A stretch of 64,000 nt of DNA from Ramazzottius varieornatus (taxonomy: Eukaryota; Animalia; Tardigrada). Position numbers and translations under genes: made by a program. The stretch's first letter is position 1. The number at the start of each line of letters is the position of its first letter. The notes below the pieces were generated by a model. The model was not told where the DNA came from. It was given only the letters and a program-made list of their open reading frames with translations, and did no database searches. Of this stretch, positions 15,621 to 35,850 are shown in pieces. Location of the stretch: positions 62,001 through 126,000 of the forward strand of contig BDGG01000007.1 in NCBI GenBank assembly GCA_001949185.1. Reading direction: 5' to 3'.

Positions 15621-16776
15621 AATCGTCGTATATGGCGCAGGGATTCTACAGGAGCAACACTCGTCCAAACGCCCTGATACCCGTGGCACTACCCCTGTGA
15701 GACATGGTCTCCTGACTCCAGGACCTCAATCCGCCCCTGAGCTTCGGGAATCAACCGACGGCAAATCAGCGAGCGATCAGAGCGGACCCGTCTTCACAGT
15801 TAGTCCAAGGGCCCAACGCAGCGGACAGGCTGGGCGTATGATTGACTCTTGATCTGTTGACAAGAAGTTACCCGAAATCAACGATCAGCGATTTCCATGC
15901 CAGTCACTGGTGAGCAGCTGTACTTCGCCTTGCCGGAGGCCGGGACACACGATCCAGCTATTACAGAGATTAAGTTGCTACTCCCGTTCACTTCGCAACT
16001 GTAGCCACGGCCTTGCTCCGCCCCTTTCGTGACGTGTAACTACATTTTGCTTTCCGGAGCTCCCCTTATTTTCGAAAAATAGCGTAATCGGAGTTACGGT
16101 TGGCTAGCATTGGGAAGCATGGTGGCTAACCAACTATTCAAAGTTCTGATCAGCTGCTGCGCTTATGAGTGACGTTGCAACTTAACTTAGCTACAGTGGG
16201 ACTTTCATCTGGCGATGCCAACTTAATGTTTATATTGATAGATTGCTCTACACGAATATCGAGGCGGAACAAATATCCGTTACGACCATACAAACGAAAC
16301 AGAAAAAAACTGCATAAACCTTCCCGTCGGACTTTCACGGGCAGGCCGTTGCAACCGGCGACCTTTTTCGAATTTTCTGGAGCTGTGAAATCTGAGAACA
16401 CGTCTTTTGCGATGCGGATTCAAGAATTTCCGTAACTGACGATTCTTAAACAGTCAGACCATGACTTGATTCAACGATCTTCGGCGTAACTGCTGATGGG
16501 TATTCTTCACCTATCTACGGCGGCTGTTGAGGCAGACCACATTTTGGCACGCCGTTGTTTGGAGACGGCGAAGTACTGCTGCTCTACAGTGATGCCAGTT
16601 TGGCACTTGTCAGTTTTCAGTTGACTTCCCGTCCACGTCTGCCACTCACGCTACGGAGCCTGGATATGGATCCGTACAGGACGTGACACTTTGGCGGGAG
16701 GCAAGAAGAAGGGAGCTGTTGGCAGAAGATCGGCCATCAAGACCGGAAGTTGCTTCTTTGACCGCTGCTTGTCACC

Positions 16777-19700
16777 ATGCAGCATTCCAGCCAGAATCCC
16801 GACGACTGGCGATCACTGGAGTTCCGGACGAAAGTTGTGGAGCACATGTGAGTATTGCGAGGAGCGATGAGGGGAATGTCCCATATTATGACTGCCCGTT
16901 TGTTGTTTTCCAGCGAAATTGTGATGTCGCGATCGCAGCAGGGTCAGTCAACATCTGCTCGTGAATATGAACAGCGCCTGTTCAACCAGTCCAATACCAG
17001 GGTATGAGTCCCGTGTTTCAATCAAGTGAGTGCCTTCAGATTTGAGCTCATTGAGTTTTTGGTTTTAACAGGAGGATTATATCACGTGTATCAAGAATTT
17101 CATCGGCAAGATCAAAGGCACAATCCCGCAGCAAAACGTACGTATGGATCCAATTATTTCCTAGTCCCCTCTTGCTTTTCCACCATTCGCTCAACTTTAT
17201 CTTTGTATTTATAGCTCTCACAAAACCCTGGGATGATCGGAGCTCAACCTGGGCAACAACAGATGGGCCAGATGCCCAACGAAATGCAGCAACAGCCAGG
17301 CACGTAAGAGTCGCGTATGACGTCGCCAGTGTTGCTCTAGAATACCTTTTGTTTAATGGATTTTTCTGATCAGCGCCTAAACGTCTGCGTTCATGAGATT
17401 GGTATCAGGTCAAGGTCGATTTTCTCGTTTTTCATTCTCTTTCGTCGTAGCTATGATGTCCCAAGATCCCCAGCAGTATCAGAACATGCTTCAACAGCAA
17501 CAATACCAGCAGCAACAGCAGATGCAGTCCGGACAGTTCATGTCGATGGGAGCTGGCGCGGCTCAACAAGGCTTTCCTCAGCGTCCAGCCGGTCCAGGTA
17601 TGGTTGGCATGTCCCAACAGCAGAGGATGGCTGGTCAGACTGTTCCGATGGGCCAACAGCCTAACATGGCGGGACAGTACATGCAGGGTGTTGGCATGAA
17701 TCAGCAACAACAACAGCAGGCGGCTCAGATGGCTGCTGCTGGTCAACAGAGACCACAAATGCAAGGTAGAACGAACCGATGAAATATATAACGAACCGAC
17801 GGAATCTCAAAATGGGTATATCTCTGTCTTGCTCTATTTCAGGTGCGCCACGACCCATGTTTCCCAACAACATGGGAATGGGGCAAGAAATGCTGCAGCA
17901 GATGAAAAGAATGGCGCCTGAGGAGCAGCAAAGGTTCATGGCACAGCACAGACAGGTGTGTCGTTTTGGAAGTCTCTCCATACTTATCTCGGATAATGAA
18001 AGGCATCCTGAGTGACGGTGTTCGGTGCATAATTAGATATAGTCGACAGTTTCTTTGGTTTTTCAGAGGGCGGAGATGGCCAGCGCGCAACAGTATCGTC
18101 AAGGTGCCCCGATGGGTCAGCAACCTGGGCAGCAAGCAAGATTCGCACCTGGACAGATACCTCAGGGCGCTCCTGGCATGCAACCGCGACCTGGAATGCC
18201 GTACCCGGTTCAGACTGGAGCAGGGTTTCCAAGTGGAATACCCCCGATGACAGCTGGCGGTGAACAGCCTTTCCCAAGGCACGCAAAAGATCGTCTTTGC
18301 TTTAATTAAGAAAATTGCAGAATGAATAATACATGAGAATGAACTGAATGCTTTCTTGGTTTACAGTGGGGTAATGGGTGGGAAACCTGGAGGACCATTT
18401 CCTAATCAGACTTCTCCCGGAGCAGCGGGTCCACCTTCTGTGGGTCCAGCACCTTCTCCTGCCAGTCAGCCTTCTCAGCCAGACTACGCTAGCATCAAAC
18501 CAGGGGACGAGCTGTACACCCAGAAGTGGCGCGATCTGCAGAAATATAAGGACCGGCTGAATGCCTATATCGCCCAGACCGCTAGTGAGTTCACTACCCT
18601 TATCCTCAAGCTCTGTGAAGCTGGAGCGAGTTTTGTTGCTAAAGAGGGATTTCTCTTTCAGCTCGCGCCGATAACAATAATATGGCGCAGAAACTTCGCG
18701 CATTGCAGAAAATCGTCAACGACCCCAATCAGACCATCCCTTTCCAGACGCTGATCGCCTGCGAGAACGCCTGTAAACAATTTGTAAGGGAAACTTTGAG
18801 TTTACTCAGCCTGTGTGGCTGTTTAACGAAGGTGTTTGATCGTTACGTTTCGTCTTTCAGTTCGCAGCTCAGGCAAACGAAACTGGTGTGGCTTCGCCCG
18901 ACGCGCTTTCCGTCCGAACTCCGGGACAGGTGGCCGGCCTGACTCCGCTGGTCGCCACCCAGGCTCCCGAGAGTCTTATCAAGAACGATCGTCCTTCCCT
19001 AACGGCGGTGGCCGATTCTCTGTCTAACGTCTTAACGCATTTGGAGGAGAAAGAGTTCGTGACGCTGTGTCACAGTTTGGCCAGCCGAGCACCCAGCTTC
19101 CTCGAAGACGATCTCAACCTTCCCACTGTCGCCATCTCGCCTGACCTGGACTTGGACCTTGAAAATCTTGAAAAGATGTACCCTGATGCATTCAACACAG
19201 ATAACACTGAGGATATATCCGCTACAGAACGAGAAAGGTGAGAAAGCTACAGTCGGTTTCAAAGAACCGCTGACGTCACTTCCGGTTCATTGATGATCGA
19301 AGGGTGACACATCAAGTCCCCGAGTCGCACGCTTTTTGTCTTTATTTCTTGAACATTGTTGAAATATCAGTCTTCCTTAGCGGGCTATCAGAATGGGATT
19401 TCCTTCAACATACTAACTAGCGTGATTTTGACGTCACCAGGACAGGTTATAAAAGGTTTTTGTGTGTTTTTCAGACATAGGGTTGAGCAGAGCAAAATGC
19501 TGCTAGCGTGGATGGAGGAAATTCCCTATGCTCTGCAAATGGAAATCTGCACTTTGTTGAGCGACTATGACATTGCGCTAGATCCCGACATGCATCCTGA
19601 CGACGAAATCAAGGACGATTTCATCTACCTGTGTTGTGGTCTGAAAGCAAGCAGGAACAAGAGCAGTGCGCCACCGGTTGGAGTAGCTGTCCCAAGGAAA

Positions 19701-19910
19701 TACCCCGCCATCGAGATTGACTTCAGGGAAATGGACGTGTCCGCGTACGACAAAGGTCCAGAGTGGAAAGGGCTGAAGAAGAACCTCGGAGGGCTGTTGT
19801 TGAATGATGGAGCGGAGCGAGGATGCTCCTTATCGAAAATTCTGCGCAGCTGGGACCGCGCTGTCAGTTTGACTCTAAAGCAGCACGGCCTTGTTAGGCT
19901 CGCGATATGA
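16777..19910 (+). CDS. MED15: Mediator complex subunit 15 (multi-exon)
   Basis: KIX domain over exons 1-3 (DDWRSLEFRTKVVEHI...EYEQRLFNQSNTREDYI). Q/M/G/P-rich middle. C-terminal IPYALQMEI...LDP...PPVGVAVPRKYP...SLSKILRSW. Confidence 0.88.
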
Positions 19911-22609
19911 TTATCGATTTCATGTGATATTTTTTCCTGAAAACTCGTTTTTGTTTTACAATTCTTCACTATAATAGTTTCAAAACTTGTTTCTGTCTCA
20001 GAGAGTGCTGTCTTGAATTTATCGTTACTGGAAGAGGAAGAGAAATTATACATGAAAATCAATTGTGTCGGCACGGCCTTCATCTGCTGTACTTTTGTCC
20101 CATACTGAAATCTTACTTTTCTTGTTCTAAGGTTGGCTGCGGGTCATTTAACCTTCAAGATAAAACTATACATATTAGGTACGAATATGTCGACGGATTG
20201 AGGAATGGAAGAGTCAATGGGGAGCGAAACACCACGTGGAGCAGGTTGGGTAGGTGGGAGCTGGCTGCCGGTTGGGTCTTCCGCCCAGACTGTGTGAAGT
20301 CCGCACGGCGATATCAAGTGAAAAATGTGCGCTGATAACGTGTTGGTCCATCGATGACACTTGCGAGAGATTTGAGAAGTGTAATGGGTATGCGCTTGAG
20401 AGCGATGGCGCAAAAAGTGACTTCCTGATCTTCAGCAGAAGCTAAAGATAGATGTTCATATCGCCAAGGAGCGCGACTTACATAATGTCTTACAATTGAG
20501 GGACTTTCCTCTCACTCATGGTTCCGGCTAAACCTGATCCGTGTCTGTCTATATTACGCCGAATGGCAGTCCAGCAATCGCAGGCGGTAATTGAGCATTT
20601 TTTCACAAGTTATTTCGGGATGCTTGGCCTGACCTCCGAGGTCGCGCAGAACACGCAGCAGGCCAGCTGCTGCGTGTAACATATACGTCATCGTGTACTG
20701 AATATGAATAGTATTTCGTCACAGCGAAGATCTGGTCTCCGGCAAGAAAGCATGTCAAGATGATCGCAAATACGACAAAGTGACGCTACCGGTCTGGTCA
20801 AGGCCGTGCCAGAAGTTAAGCTCTTCCGGGTTTTGATCTTACACTGGTTCCTCGGCTTGTGACGAAGGTCTTTCTACTATACACTGACTCATTTCTCAAG
20901 CCCTGATTCTTGGTATGCTTTTCTGGTAATGCATAGGTAGGGTCCCGACAGAGAAGGATGCACGTAGGCGTTTGCTGCATCTCGTTTTGATGCGGAGTTT
21001 CTTCTAAAATCGTTCTCTCGCCAAATCAAACTAGGGATGCCAGCGCGATGAATGTTTCTTTGGCGTCCGGACGCAGCAGATTCCCTCGGAAGCTTCTGCT
21101 TGTCTTTTTTCGCGGCGAAGACGTAAATGAAAGTGATTCCACTCTTCAGACAGAACTTGTAATGTCATCAAACTGACATCTCACCCATGTTTAACGTGTT
21201 GCACAGTTTAGCAGCCAAGCGCCACAAGAAGCTTGGCGCAGCTGTACGAAGCTGGAATCGAAACCACTGATTCGCCCAGGCATCGGCAAAACGGTAGGCG
21301 AGATTCTCTCAAGTTCCCTATCAAATGAACTTCCGGTTCCTTGCGAAGTAATCAAGCAAGGTATCACAGACCTGCATAGCGCACGCGCTCGAAAGTGATG
21401 GCGCGTGCACCGATGGCATTGGGAAGGCGCACTGTTTGCATGTGCGTATCTCGCACGCCGGACAATGGCTAACCGCACGTTTTGCTTGATTGCTTCCTGG
21501 CACCACCGACCACGCTACTGCTCGTCATGAGTCACGGCCAATGGCATTTCCGTATGTCATAGCTCCACCTCGTACAGCTTCGCAAGCCAGACAGAGCGAC
21601 TTTGATCTCGTCAAGATATTTTAGTTCCCTTTTTCCAGCTTCACAGCATCCTCAACAGCGGATGTGCGCTTGTCATAATCATTATCATCGTTGTTTTGTG
21701 GACGGATATAACTCGGTATTATTTTCATAGGCCATTAAGCTGGTTCCATTCATTTTGGATTACATCCTGCAAGCGGAAATTGGGGTAAGTTTGAGTCATG
21801 GTGGTCCCGAAGGCCAACGTGTGACTATTGTTGGCCTGCCATAATGCCTCAACCCAAATGTAGAGCAACAGCCTCGAAGGGATATCAATTCCCCATGTAT
21901 CGCTGTGGACTGGTTTTCTCGGTCGGCAGCTCGTGATTCTGATGGCCGGAAGTGGAACGATCATTTTGGTTCACACAAAGTTCCAACTTTTCAATAGAGC
22001 GAAGTCGGAAATCGGAATCACGAAGCTTGTGAGTGAAATACTGTACCGTCCCTGAAGTGCACGGCGCGTTCAGGTAGCTGGTCACATGGTTACCTGAATG
22101 AGTTTTGCTCAACAAGATCACATGGTGCGCATGGTATACTGTGTGCCGCCTGTGCGCAGTCCGAAATAACAGGGACTCCAGTACCCTGCACACAGTTTCA
22201 GAATCCAGCTGCAGTACGGTGTTGACCGATTCGCGTTTTCGAATCTGCGGTACCATTGACGTCATTCATTGCAGTGTAGGTGGACGTGATACCGCACCGC
22301 AAATCGGCTGCACCGTGACTTTCGTTTTTTTTGCTTTGTTGGCCAAGAAAAAAATGTTCTATGGAAATAAACGTGGCATAATTTAATTTGTTTGCTTCTC
22401 CTGATCTGCCGGTGTCTACCACACGGAATGACCGTGAATGTTCTGTTGCAGAATCTCTTGACATCTGGACTAGTGGCGGAAGAGGGAAGCGCAGTCAGCG
22501 CAGGAAAACCGTCGTTTGCTCCTTCCATCGCTCCTTCGCGGAAGGAAGTGATCGTCGGACATAGCCTCGTGGAGGCCTGAGTGCCTGGTCGACTACCGTT
22601 TGTAATCCT

Positions 22610-22630
22610 CAGCAGCAGCAGCAGCAGCAG
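22610..22630 (+). repeat. (CAG)7 microsatellite directly upstream of the SERCA start codon
   Basis: Direct read; ends 2 nt before ATG 22633. A (CAG)6 tract also lies at 23941-23958 in a SERCA intron. Confidence 0.9.
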
Positions 22631-22632
22631 CC

Positions 22633-29421
<6,789 letters not shown>

Positions 29422-31272
29422 CCTCTCCACTATCGTCCCCTTTCGTCCGGCCATCAACCCAGTTCCCAGTCCATACCATCCTATCCCTGGGAGGTGCAAC
29501 TAGCAGAAACAGCAGTATCACTCAGTACAAAAAGCCCCGTTGTGTCCTTCCTACTCCTCTCATGTTCGTTTCTGGCTTTCTTTCTTGTTTCTCAAGCAGA
29601 ACTAATAAGTGGAAAACACGTAATCATTGTTGTTCAAACTTTTTGTTTTGTTTTGAGAGTGAAGAAGAAGGAGAAGCAACCCTCAAAAAGGATTTAGAAT
29701 ACAAGTCTTTATTTGAGTGGAATCAGTTCTTGTTGTGAAACCGTTGTGTGCGTTTTTCTCTCAAGCAGCTCTGAACAAATTGAATCAAGTGCTTGGATGC
29801 ATGCCTGAGTTGCTAACCTTGATCAAAGCGTGATATCATTGATTGTACCCTATTTATTCATACTCCCGGCATTTACCATAATATTATGCCCCTGCTACCT
29901 TTGTATTCAGTCTCGTGGGAACTGCAACCACTCTGGTGATTGGTGAGCTGGTTGATCAACTTTCTCCTCTTTCATAACGTTGTCCTTTGGTGATACCCAT
30001 GAAGAATGCAAAAAGTCGTGCCTGCTACCTTTTGTGTACCATTACCCGATATCTCCTTACTAACTTGTCACTTTTGTAGTACCCTAACATAAACCCTTGC
30101 TGTGACTCTTTGATCTTTATTATAACTTTCTCAGAGCTTCCAGACGAAGCTCTTCCTTACCCATGTAAAAAAAAGACATAGTGCCACGTTCAGTTTGTGC
30201 TCCCGTAAACTGTACGAGTCGTACCAGTTAAACCTTTTTGCGAACCACGTCTGCCCCATTTGGCGCCGTTTTTTCTTTCTTTTTCTGCCGCTTTCGTTTT
30301 CTTCCGCCTGGTTTCCGTCAGCAATGTCAGTCTTATTTGCGTCTCCTCGGCGCTTCTTTCTAGTCCTATCCTTCTTCGTTCTGTCCATCCGTTTATTCTC
30401 TCTCCCCGTCCTCGAGTCGTCGATCGCTATTCAGTTCGGTCCCTGGTTCGTTCCAGTCTTCGTTGGTGAAGAACGTATCTTCTCTTTCTTCCCTCTGTTG
30501 GTCCTACTTTCCTGACTCCCTTTCCATTCATCCACGGTCCTTCGCTCTTCTTTCTTTCTTCGTTATTTCATCTGTTATTCGTTTAAATGTGTTATTTTTT
30601 CTTTCGATTACAGAGAACCTTGTGATGGGAGGTCCAAAGAAAAAGCACGCTGAATGAGAGAGTGAAATCAAGTGAAGACACTCCTCCAAACAAGCAGAGA
30701 CTTCAGCACACTTGTGAAGTAACCAGGAGGATATCCCCCAAGTCTCCGTTTCATTTCTCCTGATCTGACTGTGACCTTGTCTCGCCATTTTTAGTTTTAC
30801 ACAACCAAACACTTTATCCATTATTTCTCTGTACCGGGTCCTTTCTCTGCCACCTCGAAAGTGAAGCCGGTGGTCATTAAGGATTGTTATTGTGATCGAC
30901 TGAGAGATGTGCAACTATCTACTGTTCAGGATAGAAATAATGAGCCTTCTGCCTTTGCCTTCTGCTGTAGTACAACCGGTGCCTTTATAGCCTCCACTTT
31001 CTTCCCTTAAGCTTTCCTCCGCTTGGAATCTACCTATGGATTCCGTATTAAAAGCGCGTGTTGGTCATGCGCTAAACTACCTGACTTTCCGGGTAATGTA
31101 TTTACTGTAGATGCGTAAACAATTGCGTTAGGCCCAGGGAAGGTCGGATACCGTTTGAGCTGAGAGAATTTTGTGGATGGCAGTTGCTCGCATGGGTCTT
31201 GCACACCCCGGGCAGATGTGCTGACGGGTGAGCCGTTTCCGTAGCTTCACTGTTTGACTGCAAGTTACTGTA

Positions 31273-31864
31273 CACGCGGCTGGCCTAATTATTGGCCTGG
31301 ACAAAATTTCTGGCTACTGATGTACGAATCAGCGGCTCCGCCAGCTGTATTCGTTTGCGGCTGAAACAGAACTGGTTTCACCACACAATACCGCTTTACC
31401 GACACGAACAACGAAACGTTCGCAGAGATCTTCTCAATGATCGTAGATCTGGTTTCCTTCTGTATTCTTGGTTATTTTGCTAGGCAAATGCAGCTCTGAT
31501 GGTAAATCAACGTTAAAACTTGAATTTTCTCGCCGGAAAGGCCTGTAATTAGGCAATCCACCAAGTTATGAAGGCAACCGCACGAACTGCCTTCTTCAGG
31601 CTACCCTCCGTATACTTTCGCTGTCTCTTGCTCTTAAGGCCTTCCGGCATATTCCAGGCTAACCTTCCTCAAGATGGGAAAAGAAGTACGAAACAAGAAA
31701 CGAAATCTGAAATGACACTGTATTCCGCATACTACACTGCGAAATATTACTTGTTAACGTCACAGGGCTAGTTTCTGCTACGACATAACAATCTCTGCGC
31801 TAAACTGCCGCCAGCCCGTCCGGCCAGAAATTTTGTCCAGGCCGATGATTAGGCCAGCCGCGTG
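31273..31864. mobile_element. Tc1/mariner-type MITE, 592 bp, TA TSD
   Basis: About 42-bp TIRs CACGCGGCTGGCCTAATTATTGGCCTGGACAAAATTTCTGGC; TA on both sides. Confidence 0.88.
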
Positions 31865-32038
31865 TACGTCTTTACTTTGCACTTTTCATAGTGCGGGCGC
31901 GCGGAAAACCAGGCCAAAATGAAATCTTTGTTACTATGATTTGAACTGCTCGAACGAGAGCGTTTTAAATTCTGATCATGACGTTAGCTAGTCACATATC
32001 AGGTCGTTAAGAAAGGGTACTAGAGTCTTCAGGTCCAG

Positions 32039-34901
32039 CTATCTGATACTTCCGTAATCATTGTTGCTTTGGTTGAAAAACACGCCAGTAGGCTGTTGCA
32101 TTGTGGTGGCTTCATCATAGTCCGGAAGTTCTCCCAGATTGTCCCTCGTGGGATAGCCTGGTTTTATCAAATGACTAGTCTCTTCGGCCTGAGCTTCCCT
32201 GTCGGAGCTCGCTTTGATAAGGGACGGGAACATCCTGTGCGCTGGCTCGCGCAGACGACCACAGTCCACCAGTAGTATCAGTGCAGCTATGATGGAAAAT
32301 GCAAACAGAAGACCCGTTGCAATTTCGGCGATCCGTACAAAACCGTATTCGAAGTAAACCACACTTCCAATAATAGCGCCAAGCGCGTCCCTAAAGCAAG
32401 GACAGAAAAACGATCATCACATGTAGTTTTTTAAAGTTCCTTCCTGTGTTGCTTTTACTGACCCAATGTAGATAGTCGTGAAGAACACGGCTAGGATCAA
32501 GGCATAGGTAGCGACATTTTCCTCCAGTCCACATGCACTACGAGGTTGAACGATGCACTATGTGCTTGATGCGAGAGAAGCTGGGTGTCGAAAGTGAGAT
32601 TACATACATGGCACGTTCCTTCAACGTGTCAAATACGAGTACTGATCCAAACGCGATGAAAACGTTCATGATGAAAAGTAGAAGGGTGACCAGCCAGAGC
32701 AGCCTGTAGGATGATCAAGTAAATGAAGTTCCGACGCAATTGTGAAGTAGCGGCTTACCGGGGTGGTATAAAGGTGAAAGACGGAATAGGTCCCAGGAAC
32801 ATACAGCATATGGCCACACCCAGTGGTGCCAGGACAGCCCAGCGGTAGTCAACGTGGAACTTGAGGAAGATCCAACCGAATATAGGAGCTGTCCCGGCGT
32901 AGGCTAAGAAGGCTGCGGCGAAGATCAGTCCTTCCACCTGGGCACCGCACCCAAACTACAGAAAGCTGACGAAGTGTTGAACATCCAATATACACCCCGA
33001 CGGTGGAGAAGCTCTTACGGATGCCAGGTAAGGTTCGAGTGATGTGCCGAGTACTCCCCAGAACATCCCTCCAGAAAAATTGACAAAGGCCACGCCCAAG
33101 AATATTCTGTCGGTCAACGCGCGTTTTGTCTCTCGGGGCTTTGGCCGTAAATTGATACCTTGAATCAAACATTACAACTGGCCTTCTTTGCATGTACGGC
33201 TGAGTATGAGTTGTTTCCTACCCGTAATCTGGACAAGGAAGAAATATCCGAGAAAACCTGTCAGAAGCAGCGACAGACCGATGAAGGCGCAAGCAGCGCT
33301 GAATCCGCCAGCCTAAGATATAGTTCGCCTCGTTAGATGATGAATATTTGGAATCTAGCATGGACGAATATTTTTATGAAAAAAGCTGACCGCGTAGAGA
33401 GCCCCGCCTATGATAGGACCCACTGTGTAACCGATGCCGACGAAACATTCCAAAATTCCCTGCAAAGCACAATGAAGTACAGTCTACTGGCTGAGACTTT
33501 TGTACTATGAATAACTTACAAACGCAATAGTCGCGTGTTCCGGGAAGGCCAAACAGGTGATGACGTTGGATGACGTGGACAAAGCTAGAGAAAATTAGGA
33601 GCAGAAAATTAGATCGGCGGAATCTTCTTTAATCGGGAAGGAGCTCACTTACTGGCGTACACAAACCCTTCCACGAACCGGAGTATCGTGGCACAGGACA
33701 CGAAAGCTGCTGTCTCTTCGGCGATATTAAGAACCCTGGTGAGGAAAAACTGGTGATCTTTTGATACCGTCAGTTGGATTATCACCTGCTTACGCGTATG
33801 ATAAATAACATGCCGCACCGACAAACGAGCTGATACAGAAAGATGTTCTCGTTCCCAAAAATGGTATCTGCAAGCAATCATAAGGCCTTTCATACTACGA
33901 ACTCCCTTTGATGTGCTGAATATCCCTGTACAGTGTACACGCACGACGAGATGTTATGGGCCAGTAAAACTTATGGACCAGGCCTATTCGTAACGGCGGC
34001 ACGGGCAGGGGATTCTTGCTACAAGTACAAACCAACATCGAAGGCCGCACTTCTGCACGCACGTGCTGGAAATTGAGCCAAGGAGATAAAACTTGTCGTA
34101 TTAGCATTTATTGTGTGGTATCTTCGACATAACGTAGAACGGTGCTGGGGCGAAAGTTTGAAAACTGGAGCTGCTTCGCGTAGTCCCATTCCATCCTTGA
34201 CAGCAAATAGCGCATCCCTCAGGGCTTCTTCGGTGTTTCATCGAGGCTGCTTGGTCCTGAAGGGCTGGACATTCTGAAAACCTTTACGGAAAGGATACCG
34301 AGACAACGAGTCCAGAGCTTTTCCGAGAGAAAGTTGAATAGCCATGCACAGCAGCGTTGAAGTGTAAGAGTGAAACAGCTGATCGGCTGACGGCCACTGT
34401 CCATGACAATTACGGTTGAACTTTTCCTGCGCTACGTCATTCGTCAGATTTCTGTTGCTGGATTTCATAGAAAATGTGAATTTGCCGTCTTTTCCGCCTG
34501 GCCCATAATATCATGTCGTGCGTGTAGTGTAGTGTAAGAACTATCCAACCGGAGTCTGCATACGCACAATTTTGGCTTGAAATGGTTCAAAAAGGATGAT
34601 GGATATGGAAAACATGGCGAAGATCAGTCCGATGTAGGCGTACGGGATCTCTTTAACGATAATCTGAAAAAGTGATTCCGCATAAGGTCGTTATTAAAGT
34701 TCTCGTCCATTGACCTACGGTTCGCGGCAGGATAAGCGGTACGCTGGCTTCCGCCATGTTAATAAACAAGCTGGAGCAACATCCGGCAATCAAGATGAGA
34801 ATTTGAGATCGGCTGAAGCGTGAGCGACCGGTGCGCTCGCTATCCATAGGCAAAGTACCGGCTCCTGGGGCGACACCTTTCTCGTTCTGCAGATTCTCCA
34901 T
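32039..34901 (-). CDS. MFS transporter, SLC18B1-like (vesicular polyamine transporter family), multi-exon
   Basis: Spliced TM segments YIGLIFAMFSISIILFEPFQAKI|IPFLG, ILRFVEGF, AFPEH, GILECFVGIGYTVGPIIGGALYA, SLEPYL, GLIFAAAFLAYAGTAPIFG and MFLGPIP. These resemble SLC18B1 (LETFSGLG..LGP..GG.LY; LLGPVP). The junctions I checked are in frame. Confidence 0.75.
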
Positions 34902-35729
34902 GCTGTCATAAAAAGAGAAAATCGGTAAATTTTAGCGTAGGATCTGCAGCTGTTATGAGTCCGTTCTCGTAATCATGCAGTACACCTAGTTTTACGGTAC
35001 TTACCTTTGTGCTGATGGCCGACTTCTTCAGCAACATGTGCTATCAGCCCCACCGAAATAGTCCACCTGATGGAGCGTTTTTAGGAGATAAGTCCAGAAC
35101 AGCAGATAGCCGGTTGCAGGTTCAGTTTCATTGAGAATCAAGCGAATTTACCGGATCAAGGCACATTGAGTGCCGTTCATCGAAGCCTGCTCGTCTAGTG
35201 CAGCTGGAACAGTGGAAGTAAATCCCACAGGAAAGAGTGCACGGCATTTGCTAGCCCAAGGCGGCAGCACGCCGAAGGACCGCAGGCTGATTTCGTGTGT
35301 GGCGTAATAATTCTGCACATCATAATACCAGTTGTTGGTTTACAGTACTAGGTGCATGCAAACTTTAGCCAGGCCACAATAAATGGGTTTCGGCAGCACA
35401 GTTTCCGGAACACTGACTAACTTGATAACACGATTGTTCCGGAATCGATTTTGAAGTTTTGGCACCCCAGGGGCAGTCTTCAACTGCTAGTGCGATCTAG
35501 TATAATAAACATCGAGCAACCAGATTGTAACTTCCATTCGACCGTCTGACCAGTGGCCAGCTGGCTACGTCGGGAATGCCTAAAGGGGTACGAATTTTTA
35601 ACTGAAAAAGTTTTGACGTCACAATGCCCTCATGTCGCATGAAAATACGTAGGTGGTCGTTCTGGTATCACACCCCCTGGCGGGGATGTTTCAGTTATTG
35701 GTTAACCCTAGAATTTTCCAGAGTGTCTT

Positions 35730-35850
35730 CCCAACAGGGCGAACAGTTTGCTGAGACTTTGAGCCGCGGCGAGGTACGGCAAACTTACCATTCCCTGACC
35801 CTTGATGTTCCCTCGGACCTCACGTCAAAAAAGGGTCATTTGGCAGCAAA
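35730..35850 (+). repeat. Dispersed host repeat, second copy at about 51020-51090
   Basis: GAGACTTTGAGCC(G/A)CGGCGAGGTACGGCAAA(C/T)TTACCAT occurs at both sites. Boundaries approximate. Confidence 0.7.

Larger units (their letters stand above)
13886..16134. mobile_element. Non-autonomous TIR element (about 170-bp TIRs) carrying a captured host gene fragment
   Basis: TIRs at about 13886-14057 and 15962-16134 (GTTGGGCAGCCACCATGATTCCCAATGCTAGCCAACC...). TA at 13884-85 and 16135-36. No transposase motifs seen. Confidence 0.88.
11014..16229. repeat. Outer inverted repeat pair (arms about 11014-11107 and 16137-16229) enclosing two TIR elements
   Basis: ACATTAAGTTGCCACCGCCAGATGAAAGTCCCACTGTAGCTAAG...CAGCAGCTGA matches the reverse complement of 16137-16229 with scattered mismatches. 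Confidence 0.8.

Noticed and set aside
22244-22265. 21/22-nt match to the last NPC2 exon (about 47449-47470, inverse)
   Set aside because: No extension on either side; a single such match in 64 kb can arise by chance.
30195-30515. Phe-rich hydrophobic ORF, and the Lys/Arg-rich ORF on the opposite strand
   Set aside because: By-products of a pyrimidine-rich intron/UTR tract.
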